Below are positions 1-12,995 of a stretch of 64,000 nt of DNA, in pieces (position 1 is the first letter of the stretch; every line of letters starts with the position of its first letter). This DNA comes from Paraspadella gotoi (taxonomy: Eukaryota > Animalia > Chaetognatha). The notes under the pieces were generated by a model. That model was not told where the DNA came from. It worked only from the letters and a program-made list of their open reading frames with translations, and searched no databases. Where the stretch lies: the NCBI GenBank assembly GCA_051294375.1, contig CM119271.1, positions 8,423,788 through 8,487,787 on the forward strand, given 5' to 3'. The position numbers and the translations under genes are program-made.

Positions 1-23
1 GTCCATGTTTTCCTTTTTATTAG

Positions 24-834
24 TTCTGAAATGGATCGCGCGGATGCTTTGGGCAAATTGGGAGTTTCCTATGGTGTTGGAATGGTATTGGGGCCGATGA
101 TCGGCGGTTTCTTGACGCAGCGAACCTCTCCGCAGGTGGCTGCATTAGCGGCGGCGATGTTGACGGGCGTCTCCATCGTAATGGTATATTCTTTCGTACC
201 AACTCGGACTAAGAAGCTGCCAGATTCTAAACTGCATGAAAAGCGTCCTGATGAGGCAAAGATCGGAAGTTTGTCCGTCCTCCAAAAAATCGTATCCTAC
301 CCGAAGATCCCGTTTCTTCTTGTCGTTCGCGTCGTCACCGGAGTTCCGCTGGGAGTGTTTCAAACGATGTTCTCAATCGTTGCCATCGAGCGTTTTCAGG
401 TTGACCCGAAGGATAGCGGATTAGTTCTGTCTTACGTCGGCCTGCTTTCTCTCTTCATGCAAGGGTTCGGTGTTGGCTTCATGACCCGGCGCTTCTCCGA
501 CGATTCTCTTCTGCGAATTGGCGCCGTCACCCTCATTCCCTACTACCTGGGTTTGGCACTTATGACCAGCTTTTATCATATTTACTTTCTCATACCCTTC
601 GTCGTCTTTGCTATGGCTATCATGAACGTTGTCGTGACGTCGTCACTCACCAAGCGCGTGGAACCTGCTGACACGGGTGCTATTCTCGGAATCAACATGG
701 CGACTAATTCGCTTGTGAGGACAGTGGCGCCGACGCTGGGCGGAATTTTGTACACAAACTTTGGTTATCCTTCCTTTGGCCTTTTTGGCCTAGTCACTAC
801 TTCCGGGGTTCTTGGTCTTTTACTGCTCTCTTAA
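24..834 (+). CDS. SLC22A18: MFS transporter, SLC22A18-like; last exon only (gene starts upstream of the window)
   Basis: Acceptor TTAG at 20-23 is followed by a long hydrophobic ORF. It has MFS motifs RADALGKLGVSYGVGMVLGPMIGG and GAILGINMATNSLVRTVAPTLGGILY, and ends at TAA 832-834. Confidence 0.8.
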
Positions 835-1651
835 AGTTGAAAAAATTTGACGCGTCAAAAATTACATATCTTTCTAAAAAATTTTATTTTTGAAAAAAAT
901 TTTACAAGTTTAAATTTATTACCGTTATGTTTTTCATTTATTTTATTAAAATTCACGTCTTCAAAAATACATATATTTCCCAAAAAATTATTTTAAACCT
1001 CACAAAAAAGTTTTATATTTTATAACCTTTAACATTTAATTTATTAAAATTCATAATGTTCACATTATTTTTCATATTATTGTTCACACCCTAGGAGGAA
1101 GTTTCATATCAAAATTAATTCGGTGAGATCTCAATTCCTCGAATGGTCGGTTTTTTCTGGTTTTTTGGTTTTTCACTTAAAAATGATTCATTCTCTCTCT
1201 CTCTCTCTCTCTTTTAATTGATTTATATATAAAACAATAGTTTTCCTTTATCAAATTTGATTTTTTGAGCATCAAAGTTTGTCATGGGTCCATATTTTTT
1301 TATACAATTGCGACGATCCTTATGCTTTTAAGATTTTTTTTATAAGTATTTTAATAGTTCTCCGAATCTCAAGAAGACAACCAAAATTCCGATTATTCTA
1401 AATCAACTATTATGAAAAACATTCCTCGGCCATGAAAACATCAATTACGCTTCTCGGGCTACATTTAAGCTTTTCACCTGTCACTTAATTATTCTTTTCG
1501 ATCGCCTTCTGGATATTTTTAAATTTTATTTTACGAATATATGCAATGTTTCAATAAAATATAAGGATTTTACATTTTTAGCTAATTATTTTTTAATATT
1601 AAAAATATAATAGTTCCTCCTACCAATAAAATAATAAAACCATTTTACATA

Positions 1652-2788
1652 GAAACTTGGCACGGATCCCATCTTTTATGCATATTTGGCGACTTTGTCT
1701 TCTTTTATTAATATTTTTGGTAAGAACTATGAAAGTAATTTTTTATAGCCTTTTTTTACAGGTATAAATGTTGTAGAAGTTTAATTATGGAAATAACTCC
1801 CTCTTGGTCAAATATCTTATGGCTAAATTTGTAAAAGTATTTGTTATTAAACCTATTCAGGACCTTGTAAATCATTATAGTGTGGCGAATCCTAAATTTG
1901 CCTCGCGTATAGCTTGGTGAAACTCAGCTCGTCCCATTGCATTGGCTTGGACAGCTTAGTACTCCTTCACCAACCGTGATTTCCGGGTTCAATCCCCTCA
2001 CGGTCACGCTGGTTAAAGTGTGATGGTGTCGGCATTAACACGCCAGTGACATGGGGTGGTAAGTGGTAACAGCAGGTCCAAAACCCTGAGCGACAGCTGT
2101 CGGGAGATGCCTCACACCCCAGGCATCACAGATGTCCCTCCGTTGCCATAATAGTTTAGTTTTTGATGATTGAATATCCCACCTTCCAAATTCTACCGGC
2201 CGTCAGGCGGACCATTGTTTGGACGCTTTGTCGATATTTTCAGGGGAAGACCTGCGGTGCTGCTTGCTTATGCCTCATCAATTACTTTCTACTCGCTTCT
2301 ATGGATCGCTGACTCTATGCCTGTTGTCTTTTTGGCAAAAATGATCAGTGTTTATGCTTTGCAGAGCGTTCAAATGCTGGCAACGGATTTAAGGTGCGTA
2401 TCTTGAATATATCTTGATCATGGTGGATAAGGCGTGGCTTACTGAGCTGTTTTTGATATTTGCCTTTTGTGATGAATCTCTCTTGCAATTAGGCACTGCC
2501 TGTCTTATAACATATTACCTTGGTTTGGCGTGAATGACAAGCTTTCATCAAATTTATTTTCTTATTCCTTTCTCAGTTTTTGCCAAGGCCATAATAAATA
2601 TCGTTGTCACTTCGGCTCTAACCAAGCTTGTGTCGCCTGGCCAAACTGGAGTCATTTTGGGAATAAACCAGGCGACGATCTTACTCGTGAGAACGGTGAT
2701 TCTGTATAAACAGTTTGGTTACCCGTTTTTTGGCTATTGAGGCCTCGTTTCTACCTCAGGCGCCCTTGCCCTTTTAATGCTGCCTTGA
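1652..2788 (+). pseudogene. Decayed tandem duplicate of the SLC22A18-like MFS gene
   Basis: Exon 1652-1717 (KLGTDPIFYAYLATL...) splices to 2207 (GGPLFGRFVD). Region 2465-2788 aligns with the C-terminus of the intact gene (MTSFHQIYFLIPF vs MTSFYHIYFLIPF). The middle is missing, APTLGG is deleted and there is a premature TGA at 2738-2740. Confidence 0.75.
1881..2150 (+). mobile_element. 270-bp TGTGGCG...GTTGCCATA element (solo-LTR-like) with internal tRNA-like cassette; family A, copy 1
   Basis: Perfect 4-bp flanking duplication ATAG (1877-1880 and 2151-2154). End-to-end reverse-complement similarity to 42291-42549. Internal A-box-like TGGCTTGGACAG and B-box-like GGGTTCAATCCC. Confidence 0.8.
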
Positions 2789-4023
2789 AAAAACGTGAGA
2801 GAAAAAACCGAAAAAAATATTTGGACCTCAGGCTATTTACTCGCTCATAAAAATTCGATGTGCAATAACAAATAGTATGAATATTTAGTTGGGATTAACC
2901 TATCATGATAAAAATTCCTGTAACAAAAAGTTTAAATTTTATTGTTCACTATTTGTCTTCGCAAACAATTTTTGTTTCCAATAATACTTTGAGGATGGAA
3001 TCTTTCGTTCAAAAAATGTGATAATTTTTTCTCTGCTAAGATAAAGAGGGAATGGCGGTTTCTGTTGGATTAGAATAATTGGGAAAGAGAAAGAAAAGGT
3101 GAATGAGGATTTTTTGGGGTCTGCGTTTGTCTCTCGCTCTCCCGGTTTTTGTGGGTTGAGTTCTCGAGGCTCGGAGGGAGAGTGAGTCACCGTCCTTCTC
3201 ATTCTCTAAAAGTCGTCCGCCTCCAAAACTTTTTCCCTTCGATCTTCAACGCCGTCGCCGTTGGACCGATTCTCGCTCTTTTCTTTTGTAAATGCGGCCA
3301 CGCATCTCTTTACCGTAGTTTTTATTCACCGGACTATCTCGCGCTTATTTTCCACTAAATCACTAATCGTACTAACTTTTACCTTTAACCGGTGTTTTTT
3401 TTTATTATTATTTATTAGCTCCGATATTTTATGGAAAACGGTATCAATCGAACTTTATCCTCGCATATTCGATCCTTCAAATTCTAATCCCCCCCCAAAT
3501 TTTTTTTTACCTCGCCCTTTTAATTTAGTCAATTCTGTCGGCGACTGAGGCTCTAGGTGCCGTCGGTGCTAGACGTTGTTTGCACTCGAAATATTCTCAC
3601 TTCTCTCACATTAATCACCGAATCTCGCAATTATTATTCTCTTCACTAACCAACTAACCAACGCGTAATCTACCGTGACTAATAACGAAGCAGCGGGTGA
3701 TCATTATTGATTTACGTTATTTTTATTGTTGATTTATTCGTTTATTCAGTGTTCTTTATGTTTTCGTTGATTTATTAGTTTTTTTTTCTGTGCAATCTCA
3801 ATAAAGATTTCGCGCTGATCTCAAAGAAATAAACCCCCCAAAAATCATGGATATGCAAAAAGATCCCAATTTGGATCCTTTTAGACTTCATCTCTGGCCG
3901 TTTCAAAATCTCATGACTCCGTAAACCAAATATTCAAAAAATCGACTCATAACAAGGAAGAGAACGGGATACAAAAAACATTGTAAATTTCGACGATTAA
4001 ACCTCTGAACAATTCATTTAAAA

Positions 4024-4598
4024 ATGGCGGGTTCGACGACGACATTGTCGGTTCTCAACATTACCTCTTTTGAAAACTTGGCGGAAAAGATCACGACTTT
4101 CCTGCCTCACGGTTGGTCCATCTTCCTTCTGGAGGACGGGGTCTGCCTCACCTACCAGTCTCTGAACCCGGGCAAGCTCGAGAGCGTCTGGGAGAGGACC
4201 CTGGTGCTTGGGCAGCCCACTCAGGCTCACTCGACCAACAGGATGTACGAGATCATCACTAAGACCAAGGGCAGCGACACCGTCGATTGCAGGTAAAAGG
4301 GAAGAGTGAGAAGGGAAGAGAGACGCATCTTTTCAGTCATTTGAATGTCCCGTTCTAACTCCCACGGATTTCCCGTGTTAATCGCCGTTAATTGAAAATT
4401 TAACTCGGTCGTTCGGAAATCCTCTTTGCGACGATGATTTAAAAACCAGTTTTTATTTTTCCTCTTTCCTGAAAAGGATCAATCCTATATAACCTCTAAC
4501 GGGGCCTCCTCTCCACCCGGCAGGGATCCGAACTTTGCCCCAGTTGCCCCTCTCGACTCTTCGAATTTGTCCAGGACCTTAATCGAATAAAAGAATCT

Positions 4599-4659
<61 letters not shown>

Positions 4660-7577
4660 CCGTCTTCGTCTCTTCGCTGATCGATGTGTTAAAACTGCTG
4701 GATCTGAGTCACACCTCGGGTACGACGACGACGACGACGGCGGCGGCGACGACCACCGCCACGACGCAGCCTCTGCCGGAGGAGCAACAGCCTCGTCAGG
4801 ATCCTTCGCGGCCGGAGCCTTCGCCGTCCTCGTCCCTGTCGTCACTCAACAAGCAACTCCACATGGCCAAGTCCTCGGCGGATCAGTTGGCAGCGGCGGC
4901 CGCCGCCGCCAACGCCACTCCGACCAACGGCGCCCCACAGGACGGGGGCACTCTCCTCGTGCAAAACAACGCCCTAGTTACCTCTATTGATCTCTACAAC
5001 TGTTCCCAAGAAAACGGCGGCTTCGATTTTTCCGGCTTCGACGTCACCATGATGGCCGGAGGAGGCGCTCAAGCCGCCGGAACTGCGTCGCCCGTCGGAG
5101 GCGTGGTTCCGTCGGTGAGTCTCCTGCCTCCGCAGAGCTGCGTCTCTGCGACGGCGATCACGCCCTCTGTGACGCAAACCGTCGGTCTCCCTGACGAGGT
5201 AAGACTTTCATTCTTTTTAGGTTGAGGCATTTGTTTGTCGAATTGGAAAAAGTGATCCAAAGCTATCAATTCTATCAAAGTTCAACACATGTTTAAGATT
5301 TTAAACTAAATTTACTCGCAGGAATCCCGTGCGGCTGCTGCCACTACTGTTGACAAATTGTTCAATTTGGGTCTGACGGAAGTCAAGGAAGAGGCGGGCG
5401 ACGGATCGGGTCTGGTCGACGTGAGTGCGCGCGTCGTCAAGACCGAGCTCGTCGTTCTCAAAGGCCTCGACGCCACCGTCGACGAGGATGACGACGACGA
5501 CGCTCAAGGCAATGCGGGTTCGAATCACCAAGGCGGGATCATCGAGGATCACGATCCGCACGATATAGGTGATGAGATTAAAACAACTTACGACGACCAA
5601 GATGACGACGACAAAGATAATGACGTCCTCGATGATGATGCTGATGATGACGACCAGAATGAAGAAGCACATGATTAAGAATGACAGAAGCCCACGATTG
5701 TACTGACGACAATCAAGATGACGATGATGATGGCCAAATGATGACGACGTCAAAGATGTACAACTTTCATCAAAACCAGTTTGGTTTTACTCGTAGTACT
5801 AGTTTTTATATCGCGTTGAAAGTTTTTTTCTTTGTGACTTAAGGTCCCTTGGTGACGCTCAATGTCGCGGATTTAGAGCCAGTAAAGTCACCGGAAGACC
5901 TTCTTTCCCTGACGGATAAGGATCCAACCTCGAGAAAGACGACCGTTCTCAACATCGAGATTCCCTCCAACGACGCCTCGCGCTTCGTCGCCGCCATCAA
6001 CGACAAGGTCGGCGCCTCGGCGCTCACTCCCGACCCTTCGCTCGCCCAAGGCGCCGCTCCTTCGCCCTCTCCCGCCCCTTCCTCCGCCAGCGAGAATAGC
6101 AGCAGTAACAGCAGTTCCTCCAGCACGGCCGCCGTTCAGGGTCGCCGAGTCAGACGCGGCAGGTCCATTTTCGCGCCGTCGTCCGCCGCCTCGGGTTCGG
6201 CGAACCACGGCCACGGGACCGCCATCGCCGCGTCCGGTTTGGACGTCGTCACCGTGGCCAACGTTATCTCCCAAAACCCCACCGTGCAAATCGCGTATCC
6301 CCTGACGACCACCGCCAACTCGCAGCTAACGCAGCTCACGTCCTTCACGTTGACGCCTTCGCTCGCCACCCGCATGACCAGCGTCCCCATGACGACGACC
6401 GTGACCACCATCGACGCGTCCTCCCTCGGCCTGGTCACGGCCAAACCCAAAAAGCAAAAGACCAAAAGGACCAAGGAAGACAAGAACAAGGTCAAGGAAG
6501 AGTTCAACGGGGTCAAGGACGAAAAGCACGGGGACGAGGAAGGCAAGAAGTACAACTGCATCTATTGTCCCTTGACTTTCGCGTCCCAGTGCGCGTTGAA
6601 GATGCACGCGACTCAACACTCTTTCAAATGCTCATCGTGTCACAAGATCTTCGTCAACCGGGGCGCGCTCACCGAGCACCGGAAGCAGGAACACACCGGA
6701 AACGACGGAGAAGCCGGGTATCGGTGCACCAAGTGCAAGCGAGCCTTCACGAGAAAGTTCAACTGGACGAAACACGTCGCCAACAAAAGTTGCACCGGCG
6801 ACGTTAAGAACGAATGCAAGATGGAAAACGGGTCGGAAAAATCCGTACCGCAAATGTCGAACCACGTGGACTTGTACACTCACACGTGTTCCCAATGTTC
6901 TAAAGTCTACAAAAATGTCAGCGATTTGAATCGACACACACGTTTCGTACATTTTCGCATTCGTCCCTACAAGTGTCAGTTGTGTCCGGCGTCTTTTCCG
7001 CAATCCGGTGGTTTAAAGGAACACATGAGAATACATACAGGTATTTTTTAATACGATTAAAACTAGTACCATGATGGAAAAAAAATTGTCGCGGTTACTT
7101 TCCAACTATTTTTCGGCATTTTAATATAAGAATCAAAAAATAAAATTTAGATATTGAGAAATTTTAGCCTCTTGTGATTCATATGAGCTGTCTCATTTAT
7201 GTACGACAAAAAATACAAGAGTTCCATACAAAACAAAATGCTTCCTTCTTTTTTATCTTTTTCATATTTACACTTTTTATTTATACTAATTTTTCCATCA
7301 TGGTATTTACACAATTATTTTTTACAACTAAATATTGCATTTCTTAACGTTATATTTTTTATTTTTAGGGGAGAAGCCATTCGTTTGCCCAGTTTGTGGT
7401 ATGAGATTTACGAGGAATTTTAACATGAAGGAACATTTAACAAAACATGGCTCGTCAAAGCCTTACCAATGTCGTTTCTGTGAAGAGAACTTTCAAACCC
7501 GTCACATTCGTACGCGTCATGAACAAGATGTTCATAAGTCCATCTTGAAGGAACAACTGAAAGAGGAATCTCAGTGA
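4024..7577 (+). CDS. C2H2 zinc-finger protein (about 8 fingers, low-complexity N-terminal half); exons approximately 4024-4292, 4658-5198, 5322-5568, 5844-7040, 7369-7577
   Basis: Repeated CxxC-x12-HxxxH motifs and an HTG|EKPF linker across intron 7041-7368. GT-AG sites give phase-compatible joins. Confidence 0.85.
4607..4655 (+). repeat. (CT)n microsatellite acting as the polypyrimidine tract of the acceptor at 4657
   Basis: Pure CT run ending in CTCAG immediately before an exon. Confidence 0.9.
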
Positions 7578-9645
7578 AAAAAAATCTGAATTAAACTATT
7601 TATGAACCATTTCGTAGAAATATGATATAGTGGAACGAAACGCGTTATGATGCTGTTGCTTATGTGTTACTCCTCTCTCAGCTAGTTCTTTAACTATTGT
7701 TTTAATATTTCTTAATGAGAATGACTTCCGGTTTGTGCAACCGTTGCGCATCTGATAAAACCTCAAAGTTATACAATTTTTAACGTCATACTATTTGTTT
7801 TGTAATGAGTTTTATTTTTATTCAGAAAAGAGTTTTTATCTTCTGTCAGTACGTGATAATCTCATACTTTGACGCCGATTTTTATTGACCTACTGACATA
7901 CGTACGCTTTTGAATTATTGCAACCTATGACTCTTATGACATTAATTCTTAATAATTAGATTTCAGTTCGGTTTAACGTTGAACCATTGCTACTACCTTA
8001 AGCACTCATCAATATGACTTGCCGTATATTATTATTGTGCTTGGTGATCAGTATATCAAGTACCTGGTATTCAGTATCAAAACATCGTGGTTTTTCTGCA
8101 CTGTATTCAAGGCCATGAGTTTTAATTGAGATTAGTTTCATTCTTTTTTTGTCAGTTGAACACAAAAGAAAATACATCGCATTGTAAAAAAGATCTGGAT
8201 TATCTATTGTATGTTGTATTAAAATAATAAAAATTGTGGAAAAAAAAATAAATGAATAAGAACGAAGATTATTTGAATTAAAATTTCTTAAATTAATCTA
8301 TTCTGATATTTTCAATTCAATAAAAGTTTTTTTTATTAAATCTTTTATGATTAAGGCTAACTGGAAGAGTATGAATTTCTTTGTCATTAAATTGTGATCT
8401 CCTTTTCATCACAAATTATTATTGAATCATGTATTTTTTACATTTTTTGTGCACGTACTTAAAGGAGATGGATTTTTTTGCGAATTCTACTTTGAGAACT
8501 TTCCTCACTATTATCCTCAACATTGATTCTTCCACTTGTTTAATATATTTTACCTTTTTAGTTTTTACCAATGTGTTTTGTTTTATCACATGGAAACTCA
8601 CGTTAAGCCATGGTTATCTTTAAATGTAAAGATGGTAATGAATTGATATATAAATTTTAATAGATATATAAATATTAGTTTATTTCATAAAATTACCATC
8701 ATTCCATTAAAAGAATTGTTAATTTGAGACATAGCGAATTACTTCCTTTAGTTTTAAATTATTTTTTCGTAGGTTACCTCTAATGGTATTAATTCAAATT
8801 CAGGTTCCTTAACTAAGTCTAAGGGTGTATTATTCACTCGGTGTCAAGTTTGCTTTGTTGAGTAAATCATGAAACATACAAAGACAACGAACTCGTAGTC
8901 TTTTTTCCTACTCCCCACCGTATTAAGTTAACAGTGCATAAATTTAATTATCCGGTTTACTGGTATTTTATAAAAAGCCAATTTACCTTTACAGATTATT
9001 TTCTCATGTTCGACTTCCGTATTGCATAGTATTTCTTATCAAAAAGGTGTTAAAGATGCATAATTTTGATCACAATTCTTCGTGGATCTTCCAAAATTTG
9101 AGATTTTGTTCAGTATTATAATAATTGATCCACGAAAGAATTAGTCGTACAATGTATGGTTGCTTCCAAATCTCAGCTTTTTTTTTCTCTTTAAATAATT
9201 TCCGGGTACACTCGCTTCATGACTCTCATTTATAGATCGTTCCATCCCCGAACTTTTTTGGTAAGCTATGCATGCAATATTAACATTTCTGATATATTGA
9301 ACGTTTATCAGTGATTATCTCGGAACATTATTAATTTGTTCAACGATCGTAACCATGTATGTCCTCTATTCTGTTTTTTTTTTTCTTTAGATGGTGCATA
9401 ATGCTATAAATGTGAGATAAAATGTTTCAAACGATACATTTTTCCCGGCTAATCATCTATAGCACGTAGTACTTTGTATTTTCTTGAGTTTTAATGTTTT
9501 CCCATCGGGATAAAACTCAAACAAAAATGCTCGACGTGAAATGTAATGCGTCGATCGATTCATTCTTCGATCGAAGATGGAATGACTGACCAAAAAAAGG
9601 ATCGATTCTAGGATCGCATCCCTTCCTGGCAATCTCTTCTGTACC

Positions 9646-11449
9646 ATGATCGGTTCCCCCGCGAACAGCGTCTCGTCGTCGCCTTCCTCCCATTCTCGGC
9701 CGCCCCCGGTCGAGCCTCAATCGTGGAGACGCGCCCACGCGGTCGAACAACGCCTTCGCCGGACAGACGACGACGATGACGACGTTGGGAGGCCCGAACC
9801 CCCTAACCGAACCTCGTCAGTCTTGGTCAAATCCACGCCGACGTCAGGGTGCGCTTCTCAAGGGTGAGCAAGAACAAAACTGTTTCGGAACTACATTTTA
9901 TCTTCAGACATTAAGGAAAACTCTTATCACGATATTCGTTACTGTTCCAGAGCGTCTTCGAGTAATCCGGAGCCGGCTCTTCACAACTTTTCTCTGCCAT
10001 CCAACACGCCGCGGCCAGTTGTCATGTCGCCAAGGTGGGACAGGACAAGTGGAAATTGTTCTATTTATCCTGATAGTTTTTATTAGTTTCTCTTTATCGT
10101 ATATTTATCAGGTGGAAATCAATCAATCGTAAAGGCGCTATCAAATTTTTCTTATCTCCTCCCGCGACAGAGAATCCCTGGACGCTCTCCAACTGGCTGG
10201 TCATCCGTGCCCCGATTCTGCCCGCACATCCGGCGTTTCCCTCAGCTACGTCGGATCCTCTCCTCCTCCGCCGGCGCCGACATCCTCCCCACAGTCCGCC
10301 GAAGCTCCGTCGAAACAAGGCGGCGCCGCGGGCGCCGTTGGACTCGGCGTCGCCGGCGGCGGAAGCGTCGGAAGCGCAGTCAGCGGTGGGGGCCCTATGT
10401 CGCCCGATCCGGCTTCGCTGGTGCCCGGATGTAAACAAACTGTGAAATGCGTCCTCGTCGGGGACGGAGCCGTGGGTAAGACTTCGATGGTCGTCTCTTA
10501 CACGACCAACGGTTACCCCACGGAATACGTTCCCACCGCCTTCGACAATTATCTCGTCGTCGTCTCCGTCGACAACCAGCCAGTTTGTCTGCAACTCTGT
10601 GATACGGCCGGACAGGTTGGATTTCATGCAAGAATTAATGTATTTTCTTCACTATTATAACAAACTAACAAAAATACGTATATTGCAGCGAGTCTTTTGT
10701 TCTCGCTGCAATATAATCATATTATTTTATCAGATGTTGATTATCGAATCCCCATTTCCCTATTTGGCATCACGTAGAAAGGAAGTCACTTTCTCCCTCA
10801 TTTTTCAATTTTTATTTCGTCCTTCTCAGGATGATTTCGACACCCTGCGGCCGCTTTGTTACCCTAAAACCAACGTCTTCCTTCTGTGCTTTTCGGTCGT
10901 TTGTCCCACATCTTTTCACAACATCACGGAAAAGTGGTTACCCGAAATCCAGAAGAATTGCCCCAAAGCTCCCTTGGTGCTGGTCGGGACTCAATCGGAC
11001 CTTCGAAGCGGTAAGTCATTGTAATTTATCATGTTAGGGTTTAAATTCGATTTTTTTTCACATATACAATTAAAAATGAGGATTTTTTTTTTTCTCCAGA
11101 CGTAAAAATTCTGATCGAGTTGGCCAATTACAAGGAGCGTCCCGTGACGGAGGCGGAAGCCGTCGCTGTCGCCCGCCAAATTCACGCCGTGTCCTACATC
11201 GAGTGCAGCGCCTTGACTCAGAAGAACTTAAAGGAAGTCTTCGATACCGTCATCCTCACGGCGCTTCACTACTACAACAACAACAACAACGGATCCGGGG
11301 CCGGACAGCGCTCCGGCGGCGGCGGATGCGGCAAAGGCAAAAACGCCAAGAGGCTGAAGCTGGGCAAAGAGACGTTCTCGAGGTCGCCCTCGTCGGATTC
11401 GAAGGATAATCGAAGTCCCGGCTGGAAAAAACTTTGTTGCTTCTTTTAA
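9646..11449 (+). CDS. RHOU: Rho-family GTPase, RhoU/RhoV (Wrch)-like; exons approximately 9646-9863, 9951-10033, 10171-10615, 10830-11010, 11100-11449
   Basis: [59 protein letters not shown] and [17 protein letters not shown] are RhoU/V signatures. It has a Pro-rich N-terminal extension and a C-terminal WKKLCCFF. Confidence 0.9.
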
Positions 11450-12995
11450 CTCCTTTCCTTTTTTTCCAATCCTTTTATTATTGATTTCGCCTAAATTTTT
11501 ATAGGGAAGATAATTAAAATTATACAATACGAACGGAGAAACTTAGATTTATTTATTATACATGTTTTTTTTTTTTTGTCATTCACGGTATCTATAAAAA
11601 AAAAGCTTTTTTGTGCGTGTACAGACTTTGTTAGGAACGAAGATCTGCTCAATTTTTTTTAATGGTTATTCTGCGAAGAGACTCTAGTCATCAGCGATTC
11701 AATGCAATGTCTTAAGGGAAACTATGAAAGGGCCGATTTAATAAAATGAAAAAAATATTTTAAAATTTTATCTTATGTGATTGAAAATGATTTTTTAGTA
11801 AGATATTAACTATAATTTAAAGACTTATTTTCAGGATATAATTATATGAATCAATCCGTTACTTTCCCTTATTCGATTTGAAATGCTTTTTCACGCTTTT
11901 AAAATACTATGAAAATGTTTTGCAGGGAAAATGTTTAAAAAATTATGTTGAATTTCAAAAAAGTCGACATTCTTATTTTTTTTTTAAGGTTTTTGATGTT
12001 TTAGTTTTTATTATACAGAGTACAGACAGATTAAATATAATTTCTAGAGGATATTTAAGTTTTTGTTAGTAATGTTAATCAAATTTTATTTGATTTAAAT
12101 GCTGGTCATTCGATAATGTTTAATCATCGGTAATTTTTTGGTTATATATGTACAGCTAGAAAGAATGATCTCTAATATACCTCTGTAGTTTTCAACTAAA
12201 ACCAATAACTATAAATCAAACATTTTTACCAAAAAAATTTAACGTGATATCTAAAAAAAAAATCAAATTTATTCGTATGTATTGGCGCAGCCACCGGTAC
12301 GGTTTCAAGTTGTAGTTTGTTTTAGTTTGTTATGGGATATTTCCATTTTTCATAATACAATAGTTTCTTGATCACGGTTTGATTTGTCATGTCATTATTT
12401 GACATGTATGATAAAACATTAGTCGTTATGATCTCCATTTTATTATTTTCACTATTTGAAGTAGCTTAGGTTTAAAACTATCTACAAGAACAAGATTTCA
12501 GTATTGGTATAGGTATCAAGATTGAAGTTCAGTAAAGAAATATGCATTTAGCGATAGATTAGCAAGCAATCAATGTGTTTTTAAAAATTCTTTGTTACAT
12601 TATTGTAGCGCTCTTGCCACTTTTAAATGGTAAATTGACCATTGCCGCATTTCTTTTAAGACGTCGAAGTTTCAATAGGATTATTAATTTCTATGGTCTT
12701 GTTAATCTTATGGAATTCAGAGTCACTATGATTATCAAAAATCATGATCGAGAATACTATAATTTGAAAACTTTTTCCTAAAAAGAAATCGGGGCCTTCT
12801 GAAAGTTTAAGGTTTGTAACGCCTTAGTTCTCTCCCAGTGATCAATATAAAGCGAAAGAGATTATTAATTATACTAGAATCTGTCATATAATTGTATTAA
12901 CTAAAATTATAACTAAGATTTGTGAACGATAAGAAGATACCAGACTTTTTAAGCCCGAATTACCGAGCTAATAAGTTTATTACATTAATTTTAGG

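Noticed and set aside
9071-9142. Short inverted repeat AATTCTTCGTGGATC / GATCCACGAAAGAATT
   Set aside because: The stem is too short and the loop too large for a pre-miRNA; probably a MITE remnant or chance.
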